Positions 11,131-23,600 of a stretch of DNA of 64,000 nt are shown one piece after another. The notes below the pieces were generated by a model. It ran no database searches. It was not told where the DNA came from and saw only the letters and a list, made by a program, of their open reading frames with translations. Every line of letters begins with the position of its first letter. Positions within the stretch are counted from its first letter, which is position 1. Location: contig CM106585.1 in NCBI GenBank assembly GCA_048013815.1, positions 16,244,001 to 16,308,000 on the forward strand, in the 5' to 3' direction. This stretch comes from Setoptus koraiensis. Its lineage: Eukaryota; Animalia; Arthropoda. The translations under genes and the position numbers were made by a program.

Positions 11131-12204
11131 TCACTTCTTTTTGTTCGCCGCTTTGGTATAGAATTTAACTAGAGCGGCTTGAACTTCATCACCCATCCAG
11201 GTGCCTAGGAGAGTGTTGCATTCAATTTCATTAACTTCCAATAGCTTCTGCCGATCATTGTTGTCCTTAATCATAGCTTTACACTTCTTCAAAGATTCGG
11301 GATAACAACCCTTCACTATGCCATCTTCTCCGTACAAGAGCTCATTCAGAGTGGACTCGAATTTGTCATTTGGAACAACATCGGATACCAGACCACTCGA
11401 TTTGGCCTTATCGGCCGTGAATGTCTTGTTCATGAGTAGTAGCTCACTCGCTCTACTTGTACCCATGATTTTGGGGAATGTCACTGTGGAGCAGGCCTCT
11501 GGCGATTGTCCAAGTGAGGTGAATGGTGTATAAAATGTTGCACTTTCACTACACATCACATAATCCAATAGAGGTAGCAACGTACAGGTGAATCCGACCG
11601 CTGGTCCATTCACTGCACCTATCGCAAATTTTTCCAAGTTGATTAGAGTGTCAATGAAACGTTTGAAAACTTTCACTCCCTCTTTGGCTCCTTCTGCGAA
11701 CCCTCCAGGATTGGCCTGCATTTTTAGAAAGTTAGTTAAATCGTTGCCGCTGCTAAAATATTTACCCACACCAGTTATAACAACCACCTTAATTTCTGGA
11801 TCACTATTGGCCTTCGTCAAGTGATCTATCATAGCTTGATACATGTCCAATGTGACGGCATTGAACTTGTTGGGTCGGTTAAACTTGAGCCACAAAACTT
11901 GATCTTTTTTCTCTACTAATAGGGGCTCTTCGCCAGAAGAGGTCGAAAAGCTACAGGTAGTAGCAGGGTCTTTAACGGACACATTTGTTCTAGTAATTTG
12001 TCCAGCTAAAGATGAATAACCGCTTGTCCTCACAACGGTTGAAATCTTGGGGTTCGTTCTCATGGGTAATGGAAATAGATACCGGTGGTCATGATAGCCT
12101 GAACTTATAAGTCGAATTTGGCCAGCATTAAAGGGAGTTATTGGATCGCAATGAATCAAGTTGTCGAGTCCTGATCGACACAGCGACAGCAATGATTTTC
12201 TCAT
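11131..12204 (-). CDS. ECI2: Enoyl-CoA delta isomerase 2 (crotonase fold), 357 aa, no ACBP domain
   Basis: Crotonase motifs FNRPNKFNAV, YFSSGNDL, GAVNGPAVG and FYTPFTSLGQSPEACS. The basic/hydroxylated N-terminal extension suggests mitochondrial targeting; no PTS1. Confidence 0.9.
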   Translation of the reverse strand: MRKSLLSLCRSGLDNLIHCDPITPFNAGQIRLISSGYHDHRYLFPLPMRTNPKISTVVRTSGYSSLAGQITRTNVSVKDPATTCSFSTSSGEEPLLVEKKDQVLWLKFNRPNKFNAVTLDMYQAMIDHLTKANSDPEIKVVVITGVGKYFSSGNDLTNFLKMQANPGGFAEGAKEGVKVFKRFIDTLINLEKFAIGAVNGPAVGFTCTLLPLLDYVMCSESATFYTPFTSLGQSPEACSTVTFPKIMGTSRASELLLMNKTFTADKAKSSGLVSDVVPNDKFESTLNELLYGEDGIVKGCYPESLKKCKAMIKDNNDRQKLLEVNEIECNTLLGTWMGDEVQAALVKFYTKAANKKK

Positions 12205-12897
12205 CTTTACTTGCGTGGGATATTTTGTATTTTAGTGGTGATTATTGGAAACTGATAATCAATAAAGTTGGGATGAAGTTAAAACTAATGTCCGTCTCAA
12301 AGCATCATACACAAAGCAAGCCAGATCTATAATTAATGGAATGCGTGATGTTGTTCTGGATCAGCTGATAGATGGTGAGAGATAATTTTTGTCAAGCCAA
12401 GCTTGTCCGTTTGTTGCGTCTGGTTTACGCCACTTTAAATGGCAGGTATTGACGTAACAGCTTCTCATAATCGATACCAAAAGACGATAATGGATACGAA
12501 GTCCATTTGGATAACGTGCTCAGATATTGTCTCCCCACGACAGACACACACGCTGACAGTCAGCGGCTGACTGATTGTATTCCCAATACTTTTTCCATTA
12601 TGACATCGATTCGTATTACCTGTTTCGATCAGGTTCTCATAAAAGAGTTATTTGGCGACTTAGAGGGAAATTACCCAACTGAGTTGGCCAACCGAGAAAA
12701 ATTTGTAAGAAAGGATAATTTAACAATACGGAATGTTCGATGGTATGGCAAAGAATATCATATTATGTGAATGCCTGGATCTCCAGTTTCGTTCTAGTTT
12801 CTTTTAATCGTTCAATGATAGCATCTTACATATCAGTAAATTATATACATAAACATACTGCTTGTGGCATCTACGGCCTATGCGGCACTACATTTAT

Positions 12898-14046
12898 TTA
12901 CATATGTACATTAACGTGTCCATTTGAGCTATCCAACTGATGAAATAGTTCATTATTGAAGTTAAGGCTTTCCTCATACGCGAGTTCGTGCCTGATAATG
13001 GAGTCCACGTCACATTCGAGTCCTCCATCTAATGAATTTAGATCTAAATCGGGCAGTATAGAGATAACAAAAGCTTGCTGTTGATGCGGACCTGAAGTAT
13101 TATTGCTCATATTGTAATGATTATTATTCATTGTATTATGAGTTGGGGGGTGCATTCGTTGCGTCGTATGTACTTGCGTTACCATAGACGTGGTGGTAGG
13201 TATTGAAGTTTGTTGTATATGGGGCCTTGTTTGATAGTGAATATTGTTATTAGTAGTAATGTTTCTATTATTGATATTTATATTTCCATTGTTGATAACA
13301 TTAACATTGCCATTGGTAGTGATGGCGTTATTGTGATGCATAATCATTTGTTGAGTTTGGTGACCTTGACTTGACAGGTGGCTATGAATTTGTTGCGGGT
13401 GTTGCTGTTGTGGAACTTGCCTATGCATCATTTGTTGATGATTTTGTTGGGACTGATTTTGGTGCGTTTGTTGTTGTTGTTGGTGGATTAGTTGGATTTG
13501 CATTTGGCTAGTAGAGTTCTGTTGTAACAGATTGTTAGATTGCATAGCATTTTGTTGTTGTTGTTGTTGTTGTTGCATAGCATTTTGTTGTTGCTGTTGT
13601 TGCATAGAATTTGGTTGTTGCATATTGTTATTTGGTTGAATAGTAGTTGGTTGCATAGCATTTATAGTTGTCATAGAGTTCTTTGGCAGTGATGGATTTG
13701 GTGGTGGTTGTTTTGGCGGTGTGGGTTGATGATTATTAATAGAGTTATTAGTGTTGACGTTGCCAGTTTGCGTCAGGGCGGTCGAAGAGGCTGATGATTG
13801 CAGTGAGGCCTGTTGTTGCCTTTTGGTTGCCCGGGGTTTTTGGCTTTTGGTTGTTTTAGTTCCATTGAGGGGATTATTCTTAAGATATCTAGCTGTTTCT
13901 TGGTGCACGCTGGCGTCTAAACTTGGCTGAGTTCTCCCATAAATGGCCGCCTTTTCCGCATGCTGGTTGCGCAATTTCTGAAACCTTTCATCAAGGTGAA
14001 TTCTTTCTTTGACATCATTGTGAGGCTCTGTGGGCATACTAGTCAT
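12898..14046 (-). CDS. Mastermind/LAG-3-like N-terminal helix + Q/N-rich linker + FOXO-type transactivation motif, 382 aa, single exon
   Basis: N-terminal LDERFQKLRNQHAEKAAIYGRTQPSLDASVHQET fits the Mastermind pattern. Poly-Q centre. C-terminal PDLDLNSLDGGLECDVDSIIRHELAYEESLNFN fits FOXO CR3. No forkhead domain. Confidence 0.8.
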   Translation of the reverse strand: MTSMPTEPHNDVKERIHLDERFQKLRNQHAEKAAIYGRTQPSLDASVHQETARYLKNNPLNGTKTTKSQKPRATKRQQQASLQSSASSTALTQTGNVNTNNSINNHQPTPPKQPPPNPSLPKNSMTTINAMQPTTIQPNNNMQQPNSMQQQQQQNAMQQQQQQQQNAMQSNNLLQQNSTSQMQIQLIHQQQQQTHQNQSQQNHQQMMHRQVPQQQHPQQIHSHLSSQGHQTQQMIMHHNNAITTNGNVNVINNGNININNRNITTNNNIHYQTRPHIQQTSIPTTTSMVTQVHTTQRMHPPTHNTMNNNHYNMSNNTSGPHQQQAFVISILPDLDLNSLDGGLECDVDSIIRHELAYEESLNFNNELFHQLDSSNGHVNVHM

Positions 14047-14181
14047 TGTGGGTGACTAACAAGATGGCCGATAGCCAGCAGAATTTATCTCGCTGTAATA
14101 TCTATTGTTTGTATAATAGGATTGTTGCTGGCTGCGTCCGTCCGTCTGTTCGTTGGTTCGTTGGTTGGTTCGTTTGTCCGC

Positions 14182-14182
<1 letters not shown>

Positions 14183-14212
<30 letters not shown>
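14183..14212. repeat. (GT)n microsatellite
   Basis: About 15 uninterrupted GT units; further CA/GT runs at ~14398-14412 and ~14747-14775. Confidence 0.9.
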
Positions 14213-14218
<6 letters not shown>

Positions 14219-14743
14219 GTGCCGTACGTAATGATTGTTGTTGGTTTAGTGTATAGAAGTAGATGATGATAATAGTGATAAAGAAAATAAATAAATGTCT
14301 ATACGGTAGTGATGGCAATACTAATAATAAATCTTTGTGTGGCGTTGGGCTAGTGTCCCAATCAGAATTACCAATAGATGTGCGGTCTAGTAGAGTGCGT
14401 GTGTGTGTGTGTAGCACCGATTGGATGATATGTGTAGTATCTATTATCCATAATCATCACCTACTCTATCATGATAATCTTTTGCAAGCCATCCCTGCTG
14501 GTAGCTGTAGAGTCACTCTACTGAGTACAATCTACTCACAGTCAGTAGAGTGTAAAGCAGCAGCAGCAAATCACACACTTCTTCTCTGCGATAGCTCACA
14601 CACACGGACACACTCACAGACAAACAAACTCAGCTCGATAGCGACACAGAGAGACAAACGCACACACTTACTGTACAAGTCAGAGCATGCAATCTATTGA
14701 CGTTTGTGTTCAGTGTCAGTGCGAACACGAAAGAGCAAGGGAG

Positions 14744-14776
<33 letters not shown>

Positions 14777-15536
14777 GATAGAGAGAAAAAGTAAGCATAA
14801 AATAATGCATAACTGTTAGACTTTTATTTAGCGCACAACTAGTTTTATTGACGATACACAAGTCAAGTAATTGTATATGGATTGTGCATTGGTATATACA
14901 ATATAGCCGCACAGTAATGACAGAATTGGCACACAAATACACAAATCGGCACAGCGTGTTCACACAATAACAAACCATCTTCAGGCGCATGCGTGAATAC
15001 AGGGAAGTAAATATATTTTCAAGACATACAGGATTCATTCGTTGCTGCCAATACACCCGCAGGCACGGATAACAAGTACGGATTATTCACACACAATACT
15101 CATGAATAGCGTATATTCTTCGAAATCATCTGATTTCGTCTGTGAATATGCTGTGTGTGAATACTATTCACTGAATAGTCGCTTACTAAGAAAAAAGCGC
15201 CCTGACCATTCGCCGTCAGTGTTGGGTCACAATCATACATGTCAGAACAATCAATTCCATAAACAGCTATTCTGCAATATTTAATGGCCCATTAGATAGC
15301 TGAAGATTACAGTTGAGAACAACTCCTTTGCATATTCATTCTTGATCGAGGCCAACAATTAACGTCCAACTGTATCCCTACCGAGACAATAGGTTAGTTC
15401 GGCTCATTCATAGAGATTTATTATTACTAGTACTGCATTGGCACAGGTTATCGAAAATTTCTTTGCAATCTTTCCGAACTTATGAGGACACTAGGGATTA
15501 GATAGTGCCGTCTAGGATGAAACCAACCGCTCGAAA

Positions 15537-17180
15537 TCAGTCTAATTGTACCGGACAATCAGATTCTGAAGAATGGATGCGTTGAGGTTGAATAGGTGAC
15601 TTGATTTTGTGTTCAACGACAGGCAAAGTTGACTCGACTTGGTTGAGCCAAAAATTACCACAAGATGAATGATAGTAATTATTTCCATCTATCGTGAGTA
15701 GATTATCTTCATTGGCATCATACTTGGCTGTCAGTTCCGACGTATCAACATCTAAACTGTCCGTGGTGACAGTATAGTAATTCGCAGAGCTTGACGCGGT
15801 TACACATATTGTGCAGACTTTCTCCTGAGAAACTTCCGAAGAATCATGGTTTTGTTTCGAGTCGCTACCCTCTTTGTTCTTCGACGATATTTCACTATGT
15901 AACCCGTCCATGATCGCCTCGATAAATTCGCCCTGGCCGGCTTCGTCGAAAAGATTTACTAATACGGCCCAACTTTCATTGATTGATGTCATGAGATCAT
16001 CTATAAGATGCACAAAGTTATCATTAATACGAAAATTCGAGTCCTGCTTAGTCTCTGACACCTTGATCCATATCCTTTGCGCTATGGGGTAGCATCGAGC
16101 CAGATTTTGAATAAATTTGGCACCATCGTGAGTCCTCAATGACTCTATGGAATTGTTACGTCCGTGCTGCACATTAAGTACATCAAATGTACGCTTAAAA
16201 ACAGTTTTGAGGGCGTCCATTTGTCTAGACCAGATACTTGCTATCATAGAAAACTCTTCATCGAGTTGCATCTCTTTACAATCCAAATCGAGTATACTTG
16301 TAGTTGTCTCATTACTACTATTGCAATGTTTCGATGATAATACTGATGGTGAAACCAATTGTCGATTGTCATTGTTGGTCGAAAGTGCGTCACGAGGATT
16401 GGACAATGCTAAAATTGATTTATTATTTAAAATGTTGCTTGTCTTGGTGAAATTATTATCAATACTGGGTACTTCTATGTGAATAAATGCATTGGTTGTT
16501 GCAATTTTGATTGGCCTATTGTTATAATTGGCAATTGATTTGTTGTTGCTATGTAGATTCTGTTTTTGCGTGTTAAGCTCAGCCGGTGACCGACTACTGT
16601 CATTTGAACTGTCATCGAGAAATTGAATGAGAGGCTCCTTGGTAGAGCCAAGCCCGTTTGAGTCTTCGATTTGAGGATATAGATTGGGCAACGGTGGCAC
16701 CCGTTCAGATTTGATAGCATTGAAGGGGTCTTTGATGTTTTTGCGTTGAAATAAGGCTATCAAGGCCAGCGCAAAACAGAGTTCCCTGTTGATTAGTTTG
16801 CCTGGAAATGTTTGATTAACGTGGGCCCAGATTGCGGCTAATATTTCGTGCGATAAACGACTAGTTAACAATAGTTGATAGACCCTCTCTGTGTCGGTGA
16901 GTCTATTGGGAAATTCCACCTGCGTTTGACCAGGGTAGTCATATTGAGCAATTTGAACTTGGCCTAGAACTCCATGATAAATGGCAGGCAATTGTTTAAT
17001 GGCTGCGTTGTTTCTGAGCCATGAAGGAAGATTTTTGGCCGCCTTCTCTAATTGACTCGACGAAATCTTGGGCAGCTCGATAGTGTGATTGGACAAATTC
17101 GATATTGGAACATGTTTCTTGGATGATGTAAATGCCTGCATTTCCAGTTTAGTTGATCCTTTCAATGGTGTTATGGCATC
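15537..17180 (-). CDS. SYNRG: Synergin gamma-like protein (main/last exon)
   Basis: EH-like region DTERVYQLLLTSRLSHEILAAIWAHVNQTFPGKLINRELCFALALIA and C-terminal CTIC...YHSSCGNFWLNQV match synergin gamma. Acceptor TTGTAG|GATGCC at 17181/17180; 5' exon not resolved. Confidence 0.8.
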   Translation of the reverse strand, partial: DAITPLKGSTKLEMQAFTSSKKHVPISNLSNHTIELPKISSSQLEKAAKNLPSWLRNNAAIKQLPAIYHGVLGQVQIAQYDYPGQTQVEFPNRLTDTERVYQLLLTSRLSHEILAAIWAHVNQTFPGKLINRELCFALALIALFQRKNIKDPFNAIKSERVPPLPNLYPQIEDSNGLGSTKEPLIQFLDDSSNDSSRSPAELNTQKQNLHSNNKSIANYNNRPIKIATTNAFIHIEVPSIDNNFTKTSNILNNKSILALSNPRDALSTNNDNRQLVSPSVLSSKHCNSSNETTTSILDLDCKEMQLDEEFSMIASIWSRQMDALKTVFKRTFDVLNVQHGRNNSIESLRTHDGAKFIQNLARCYPIAQRIWIKVSETKQDSNFRINDNFVHLIDDLMTSINESWAVLVNLFDEAGQGEFIEAIMDGLHSEISSKNKEGSDSKQNHDSSEVSQEKVCTICVTASSSANYYTVTTDSLDVDTSELTAKYDANEDNLLTIDGNNYYHSSCGNFWLNQVESTLPVVEHKIKSPIQPQRIHSSESDCPVQLD

Positions 17181-20100
17181 CTACAAATGAATAAATTATA
17201 AACGAAAAAAAAAATACATACATATATATATATAAATGTATATTGTCTATGGCATCCGTGGCATCTATGGCATTTATCGTGGCGGCTCGGCCGTGGTCTG
17301 CCTAGGTCATGCGTTTATTTGGCGTGCCAAGAAAATAAAATAGAGCTTATCGTTGAGCGATCACGATGAAGCTGTTGTTGATTAAACTGATGATTGCTAC
17401 TGTCGCCGTCGTGATGGTTCTGTGATGTAATAAATAGGTAACAATAAATAAAAATATTAATGCTAACAGAATGAATGAGGGTCGGTGTGCGTCAAGTTTT
17501 CAGTTGGTAGTAGGGTTTTCTAATGGCTCACTGTTTACACCGATTTGTCTTTGCAAGTGTGTCCTCGCGTACTCCTAATCCTAATGGTGGCCCATTCAAT
17601 AGTTTTATCGTGTATGGTGTGGGGCTAGAATGATTCGCGAACGCGGCACACAGCGAGCCGCGTGGAATGATGGAATGTATTATGGGAAAGAATAAAATGA
17701 AAACAAATCATATGTGCAATATGCTACCATAAATAGATGGTAATACAATAACGATGATAAAAACATTAATAATAATAGCAGTTGCTGTGACGAACGTTCG
17801 ACGATTGTAACCCGTACGGAGAATCTCACCCACTCAGAAAGGTTGTGAGTGTCAAACGAGCCTGATTAGAAAACACACACAGTGGTTGCTAATTAAGACT
17901 GTACACACAATCAATTGGAGTAGGTGACAAGCTGGGTTTATCTCTCTGTAAAACTACTACTACGACATATTGATTTCCACTTCGAAAGGACGTGCCACTC
18001 AAATGAGCCCTTCTCGTCCGAAACTCTCACTTCTTCTGCGGCAGCAGCAGCAGCAGCAACATCAGCACTAGCAGCGGTTTTATCCCACCCATCATATGCA
18101 CCACTACACTGTGTACTATACTAGTATAGGTAGAGGGGTGTGCACCCAAACGATGCACTTCTCCGCCGGAAGTGACTTGCTCGGGGGGGGGGGCACGCCC
18201 ATTTTTTATTCAACAACTGGTTTTTCGTTTGTTCAGTTTTTAATCGTGGTGCCACGAATTGAGACAGCTCGTGTGATTTTACATAACAATAATGTTATGA
18301 CATAACAGTACGTAGTACAGAGAGAAAAGGATAAAAGCAAGAGTCGGTGACCACCACCGACCGCTCGGGCGCCGCATACCCGAACCCAAAGTTGTCTGAC
18401 TTGAGTAAGTTTCGAGAGCTTCGAATGCCTCGAAAGGCCCAAATTATACAATATTCTATGCCAAGTTTTCTTGCCCACTCTGGGCCATATCATGATTCAT
18501 CTCTTGTTTGCTGTGTGCCGCGCCCGCCTACACACCCACGCGGTTTTCGTTTGCACCATTCTCGCACGGCGAGATGTTAGCGTTACTTTGCAGCCGCCAA
18601 TCGCATCACCGAGTCGATACTGGCGCCATCAACACTGCTTGCTATTATTATGTAATTCTTGTAACAATATTTGCACAGCATCCCAACAAAATTTCACTCT
18701 TGCTCGCGCGAGACAATCTCACAATATTGGCGCCTATGTCGGTTATCACATGCATGCTTGATATATCATCAGTGCCAATCAGTTTTCAAATTATTTTGTG
18801 AGTTAACCCCGGCCCATGCACCCTGTGCGAGACTATTTCTTTTTCATCATTCGAATGAGTTTAGCTGTCATACTTGCCAATGTGTACGCAACAACAAACG
18901 GCAGAGACTAAATCTACATTCATCTACATGATGGGCCACAGGATTATTCAGATAGTGCACAAGATTTGCATTTATCCATTCGTACTTGATAGATTGACAA
19001 GTTCGTTAGTATCGCTCTTGCGATAGCATTGTGACTAGCATAGAGACGCTTATAGGGATAGCCATACTATATACTGTATATAAGACACTTGGAGATAGTT
19101 GTTGCTGCAAGGTACCCGGCGTTCGAGCCATTGTCTCTGGCAAATTGATGCAACTGCAGTCAAGTGCGCCGTATAATCAACCGTGACATTTTATATTGCA
19201 ACAGGAGGTTGTCCATCAGCCTATTGCTCGGGTTTAGAATATTAGCATACGCAGAACGATTACGCAGTTATTTAGGTTTTGATAGGGACAAAAAAAGAAT
19301 ATTATTAAAAATATAATATAATGCTACCTATTTATTGATTGACATGAGTCACAGCTTAATTATGCCTGGTATCCATTTATCGCCATTAGCGGTTGTTGTT
19401 TTATAGCTCTACAACTAAACATAGTTAGTTTACGAAGAAAGCAATTGGTTAGGTGCGAATTTGAGCACATGCTAATACTGAAAATTACAAAAAGGTGTCC
19501 AAATGTATCACAACAACACATCAAAACAAGAGAAGTGGCCGGAACAATTAAAACTTGTTAACCTTGCCACTGCTTTAGCGGTATGACGGATTTAAACTTC
19601 CTAGTTTTCCTAAGCTAACCTCAGTGTTCCTTACGAGTGTACATGATTCAGCAAGCTAAAAATGAGCTGCGAAGTGTGTACTTATAATTCTATAACAAAC
19701 AAAAATTAGATTGTTCACCGTAGAAATTTAGTGACACATATCCTGTGGTAATTCTTAAATAGAATTTCCACTTGGCTAAGTTGTTGCTAGTAACAGTGCC
19801 ACTTCATAAAACTACAAATAATTTCCGAGTAAATAGTAATTGTTATAGATTTTTGGGTATTTTACACACACATTTTTGAAAGCGTTAGAAGATGCATATT
19901 CTTGCCTGGATCATTGTCACTTATCCGCTTGTAAGTGTTGTTATTTCCAGAAACAAACACTATCTGTTGTTGTTGCATATTTTTCCACTTGAAAGGCGAC
20001 TTGTGAGAGATATGACCACTATTCTGTGGGCGGTGATCTATGGATAGTAACAATGAATGTTATAGTATATATTTACATACGTATCCTAGTTTCGCAGAGA

Positions 20101-20621
20101 GAAATTATCCTACTCACACGACAAGCTGGCACAAAAAATATGCAATTGCGCTGGTAGTGCCAAATCAACTATTATTACTGCTAGTCCGTGACAATATGGT
20201 ATAACAATAGCAAGATAAAATATCTTTGATTGCTGCTCAACACTCCGAATGGAAAAAGTGATTTCAGTTTTTGATTTGAGACGATACGTTTCGACATGTT
20301 ATGTAATGAGCCAGAGATAGGTTCAACTTGAATGTAACCGCATACTAAAATCAATCCCAATTAACCGGCACTATCTTCGTGAGATCACGAGCTGTGTCCC
20401 ACATGAGCATCTTGCTATTCGCAGTGACACCAATGAACTAATGCGAAATCAATAAGAGTGTATCAAGAACCAATGATCAACTAAACGAAGCTCTGAAAAA
20501 TAATTAATCCTGCTTTGATGCAATCAGTTCAAACATTAGAACTCCCAAACAATAGTGGGGGATAAAGCGAAGCACCAGCAACAATTGAGACCACTTTAGT
20601 TAGTTTGAGGCGCCAACTAAA

Positions 20622-23600
20622 ATGATTCATCCCACGGATGTGCTGCTAACTGCCGCAGCCTTGGCCCTTCTGAACGCGGCCTGCTCGTTACACATTCAAC
20701 GGGTTTGCGCCACCAGCGACAGTGGGTCTAATCCGAGTCGAACCAATCCTATTATGGGCCAACCAGCTTACAATGTTGACCATTTCGAACTGACAAGAGA
20801 GAAAAGAATATCGGAGGCAAATAACGAACCTTTAGATTATATTCAAAGTAATAAGATTGATGTCGATAGTGAGTCACTGCAGCAAATACAAAATAGAGCT
20901 GACGCGCCAAGATTTCACAACAAAACACGCCATTTTTTGGCAAACATAAAAAAGAATATCAATCAAGCCCAAACCAAGATAAAAAATACAAACAACAACA
21001 ACAAATCGTCAGAACCCGCACGTAACACCAACAGTATAGTTGGAAGAAATCAAAACGCCGATGACAATAATTCAAGTGCACCAAACCTTTACTCCTACTA
21101 CGCAAAAAAAGACAATGATAGCCACAACGGCACAAACAATGACAATCACCATTTTAAGGTGATCGGCCAACAAGATGGTGTCGGGGTGACCGGACGCGAG
21201 ATACAAATTAGTTTAAGGAATGCACCGAGAGCGAGTGATAGCCGATCTAATTCAACCAGATTATCACATACTAGCAACGACTCTAATGTAAAGTCAAATA
21301 GCAGTCCATCGTTGTTCCTACTAAATTATAAGTCACATTTGCAAGATAGGGCCCCCACCAGAAATCAATTAGCGTCAGAGCTGGGTGCCTCGGAACAACA
21401 ACAACCGCCACCATCGACACTTGCTCCAAACAACAACCACAATAATAACAGACAATTGTTTTTGAATAACAATAACAACAACAACAATAATCTTCAACAA
21501 CAACAACTGCTGCAGCAGCGACAGCCCTTCAATCTGGGACTGCTTCCTGGGCAGCAACAAGCCAATCAGCAACAACAATATCAAAATCCTTTCCTCGGTC
21601 CATTGCAACTTTTAACTGCACCTCTACAGGCTGCCGCGCCATTCCTGCCACAATTACAAACAAATCAATATGCACCTCAAAATAATCAAAATCTTAACAA
21701 CAATCCTAGAAACAACAACAACAATCTAGCCAATAGACAAAATTATTCCCCAACAACACATAATAGGGGATCTTCACAATTGAGCAACAACAACATTCGA
21801 AATGGCAACGCGCAACAACAACAGCCTCTTAATGGAAATGGACAAATTAATCCAACGAATCAAATTAGCAATTCTCCTCCCACTTTACAATCTTTGTACC
21901 AGCAGCTGCCATTATATCAAGCTTTGTTAGCCGCTAGANNNNNNNNNNNNNNNNNNNNNNNNNNNNNNNNNNNNNNNNNNNNNNNNNNNNNNNNNNNNNN
22001 NNNNNNNNNNNNNNNNNNNNNNNNNNNNNNNNNNNNNNNNNNNNNNNNNNNNNNNNNNNNNNNNNNNNNNNNNNNNNNNNNNNNNNNNNNNNNNNNNNNN
22101 NNNNNNNNNNNNNNNNNNNNNNNNNNNNNNNNNNNNNNNNNNNNNNNNNNNNNNNNNNNNNNNNNNNNNNNNNNNNNNNNNNNNNNNNNNNNNNNNNNNN
22201 NNNNNNNNNNNNNNNNNNNNNNNNNNNNNNNNNNNNNNNNNNNNNNNNNNNNNNNNNNNNNNNNNNNNNNNNNNNNNNNNNNNNNNNNNNNNNNNNNNNN
22301 NNNNNNNNNNNNNNNNNNNNNNNNNNNNNNNNNNNNNNNNNNNNNNNNNNNNNNNNNNNNNNNNNNNNNNNNNNNNNNNNNNNNNNNNNNNNNNNNNNNN
22401 NNNNNNNNNNNNNNNNNNNNNNNNNNNNNNNNNNNNNNATCAAAATCTTAACAACAATCCTAGAAACAACAACAACAATCTAGCCAATAGACAAAATTAT
22501 TCCCCAACAACACATAATAGGGGATCTTCACAATTGAGCAACAACAACATTCGAAATGGCAACGCGCAACAACAACAGCCTCTTAATGGAAATGGACAAA
22601 TTAATCCAACGAATCAAATTAGCAATTCTCCTCCCACTTTACAATCTTTGTACCAGCAGCTGCCATTATATCAAGCTTTGTTAGCCGCTAGACAAAGACA
22701 GATGGCTCTGTTGGCCGAGAGACAGCGCCAACAACAACTAATTCAACAACATAATGGTCAATCACAAGGTAAGTCATGATTTCATTATTCCACCATCAAT
22801 GACATATTAGAATGTTAACTCCTTCGATCAAGCTTGTTTAATTATCCAATATTTATATAACCCATTTTTTACTTTTGTACATTAATGATTCGATCCATAG
22901 GTGTCACTGGGAACAATCAACGCTTTTCTAATCAACAGATTCCCAATGCTCATGGAATCAATAGATTTACCCCCAATAATGCACCATACGCAGGAACAAC
23001 AGGAAATAATCAGCAACAACAGCAGCAGCCGCAACAGCAACAGAAGCGTCCAAATTCAAACAATATCTTAGATCAGGTATTCGATGATAACTATAAACCC
23101 AACAATAACCAGCCCACTGCAAATAATAGTGGTGCAAACCAGAACAGCAACAACCAAAATCAAGTCAATCCGCATTCGAACAATCACAACCAAGCCAACG
23201 CTAACTCCAACTACGAACCGCAGCCCAATTTTGATGACGATGCCAACAATGGATCAGCGAAAGGAACAAGTGGCAACAAGGAGGAGGCTGGCACAAATGA
23301 TGGTGAGAATTCTAAAGATAACGGAGCTGGGCAAGACGATCAAGGTAATCAGGGAGATAACGGGGCCGGAGATCAAGACGATCCCGATATAAAGAACTTC
23401 CAAAATTTAGCCGGAAACGGTGACTTTCCAGCTGATGTCTTTCCACCTGGGATATTGACCGACAGTGACATCAAAGAGATACGTAAGCAACAGGAAGAGC
23501 AAAGTCGCAAACAAGAAGAAGAGGAAAGGCGTAAGCAGGAGGAGGCTCAGCAAAATGGCCAAGAGCAAGCGCCGCCGGCTAATCAGCAGGAGCAACCCAA

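Noticed and set aside
12507-12770. 87-aa plus-strand ORF between ECI2 and the Mastermind-like gene
   Set aside because: It has a non-ATG start and no recognisable homology. It could be a decayed gene, but I cannot support that without a search.
14046-15500. Search for upstream forkhead exons that would make 12898-14046 a normal FOXO
   Set aside because: Only microsatellite-rich non-coding sequence lies before the synergin stop, and both paralogs share the same N-terminal start.
21934-22443. 169-aa ORF of X residues
   Set aside because: It is a translation of the N gap.
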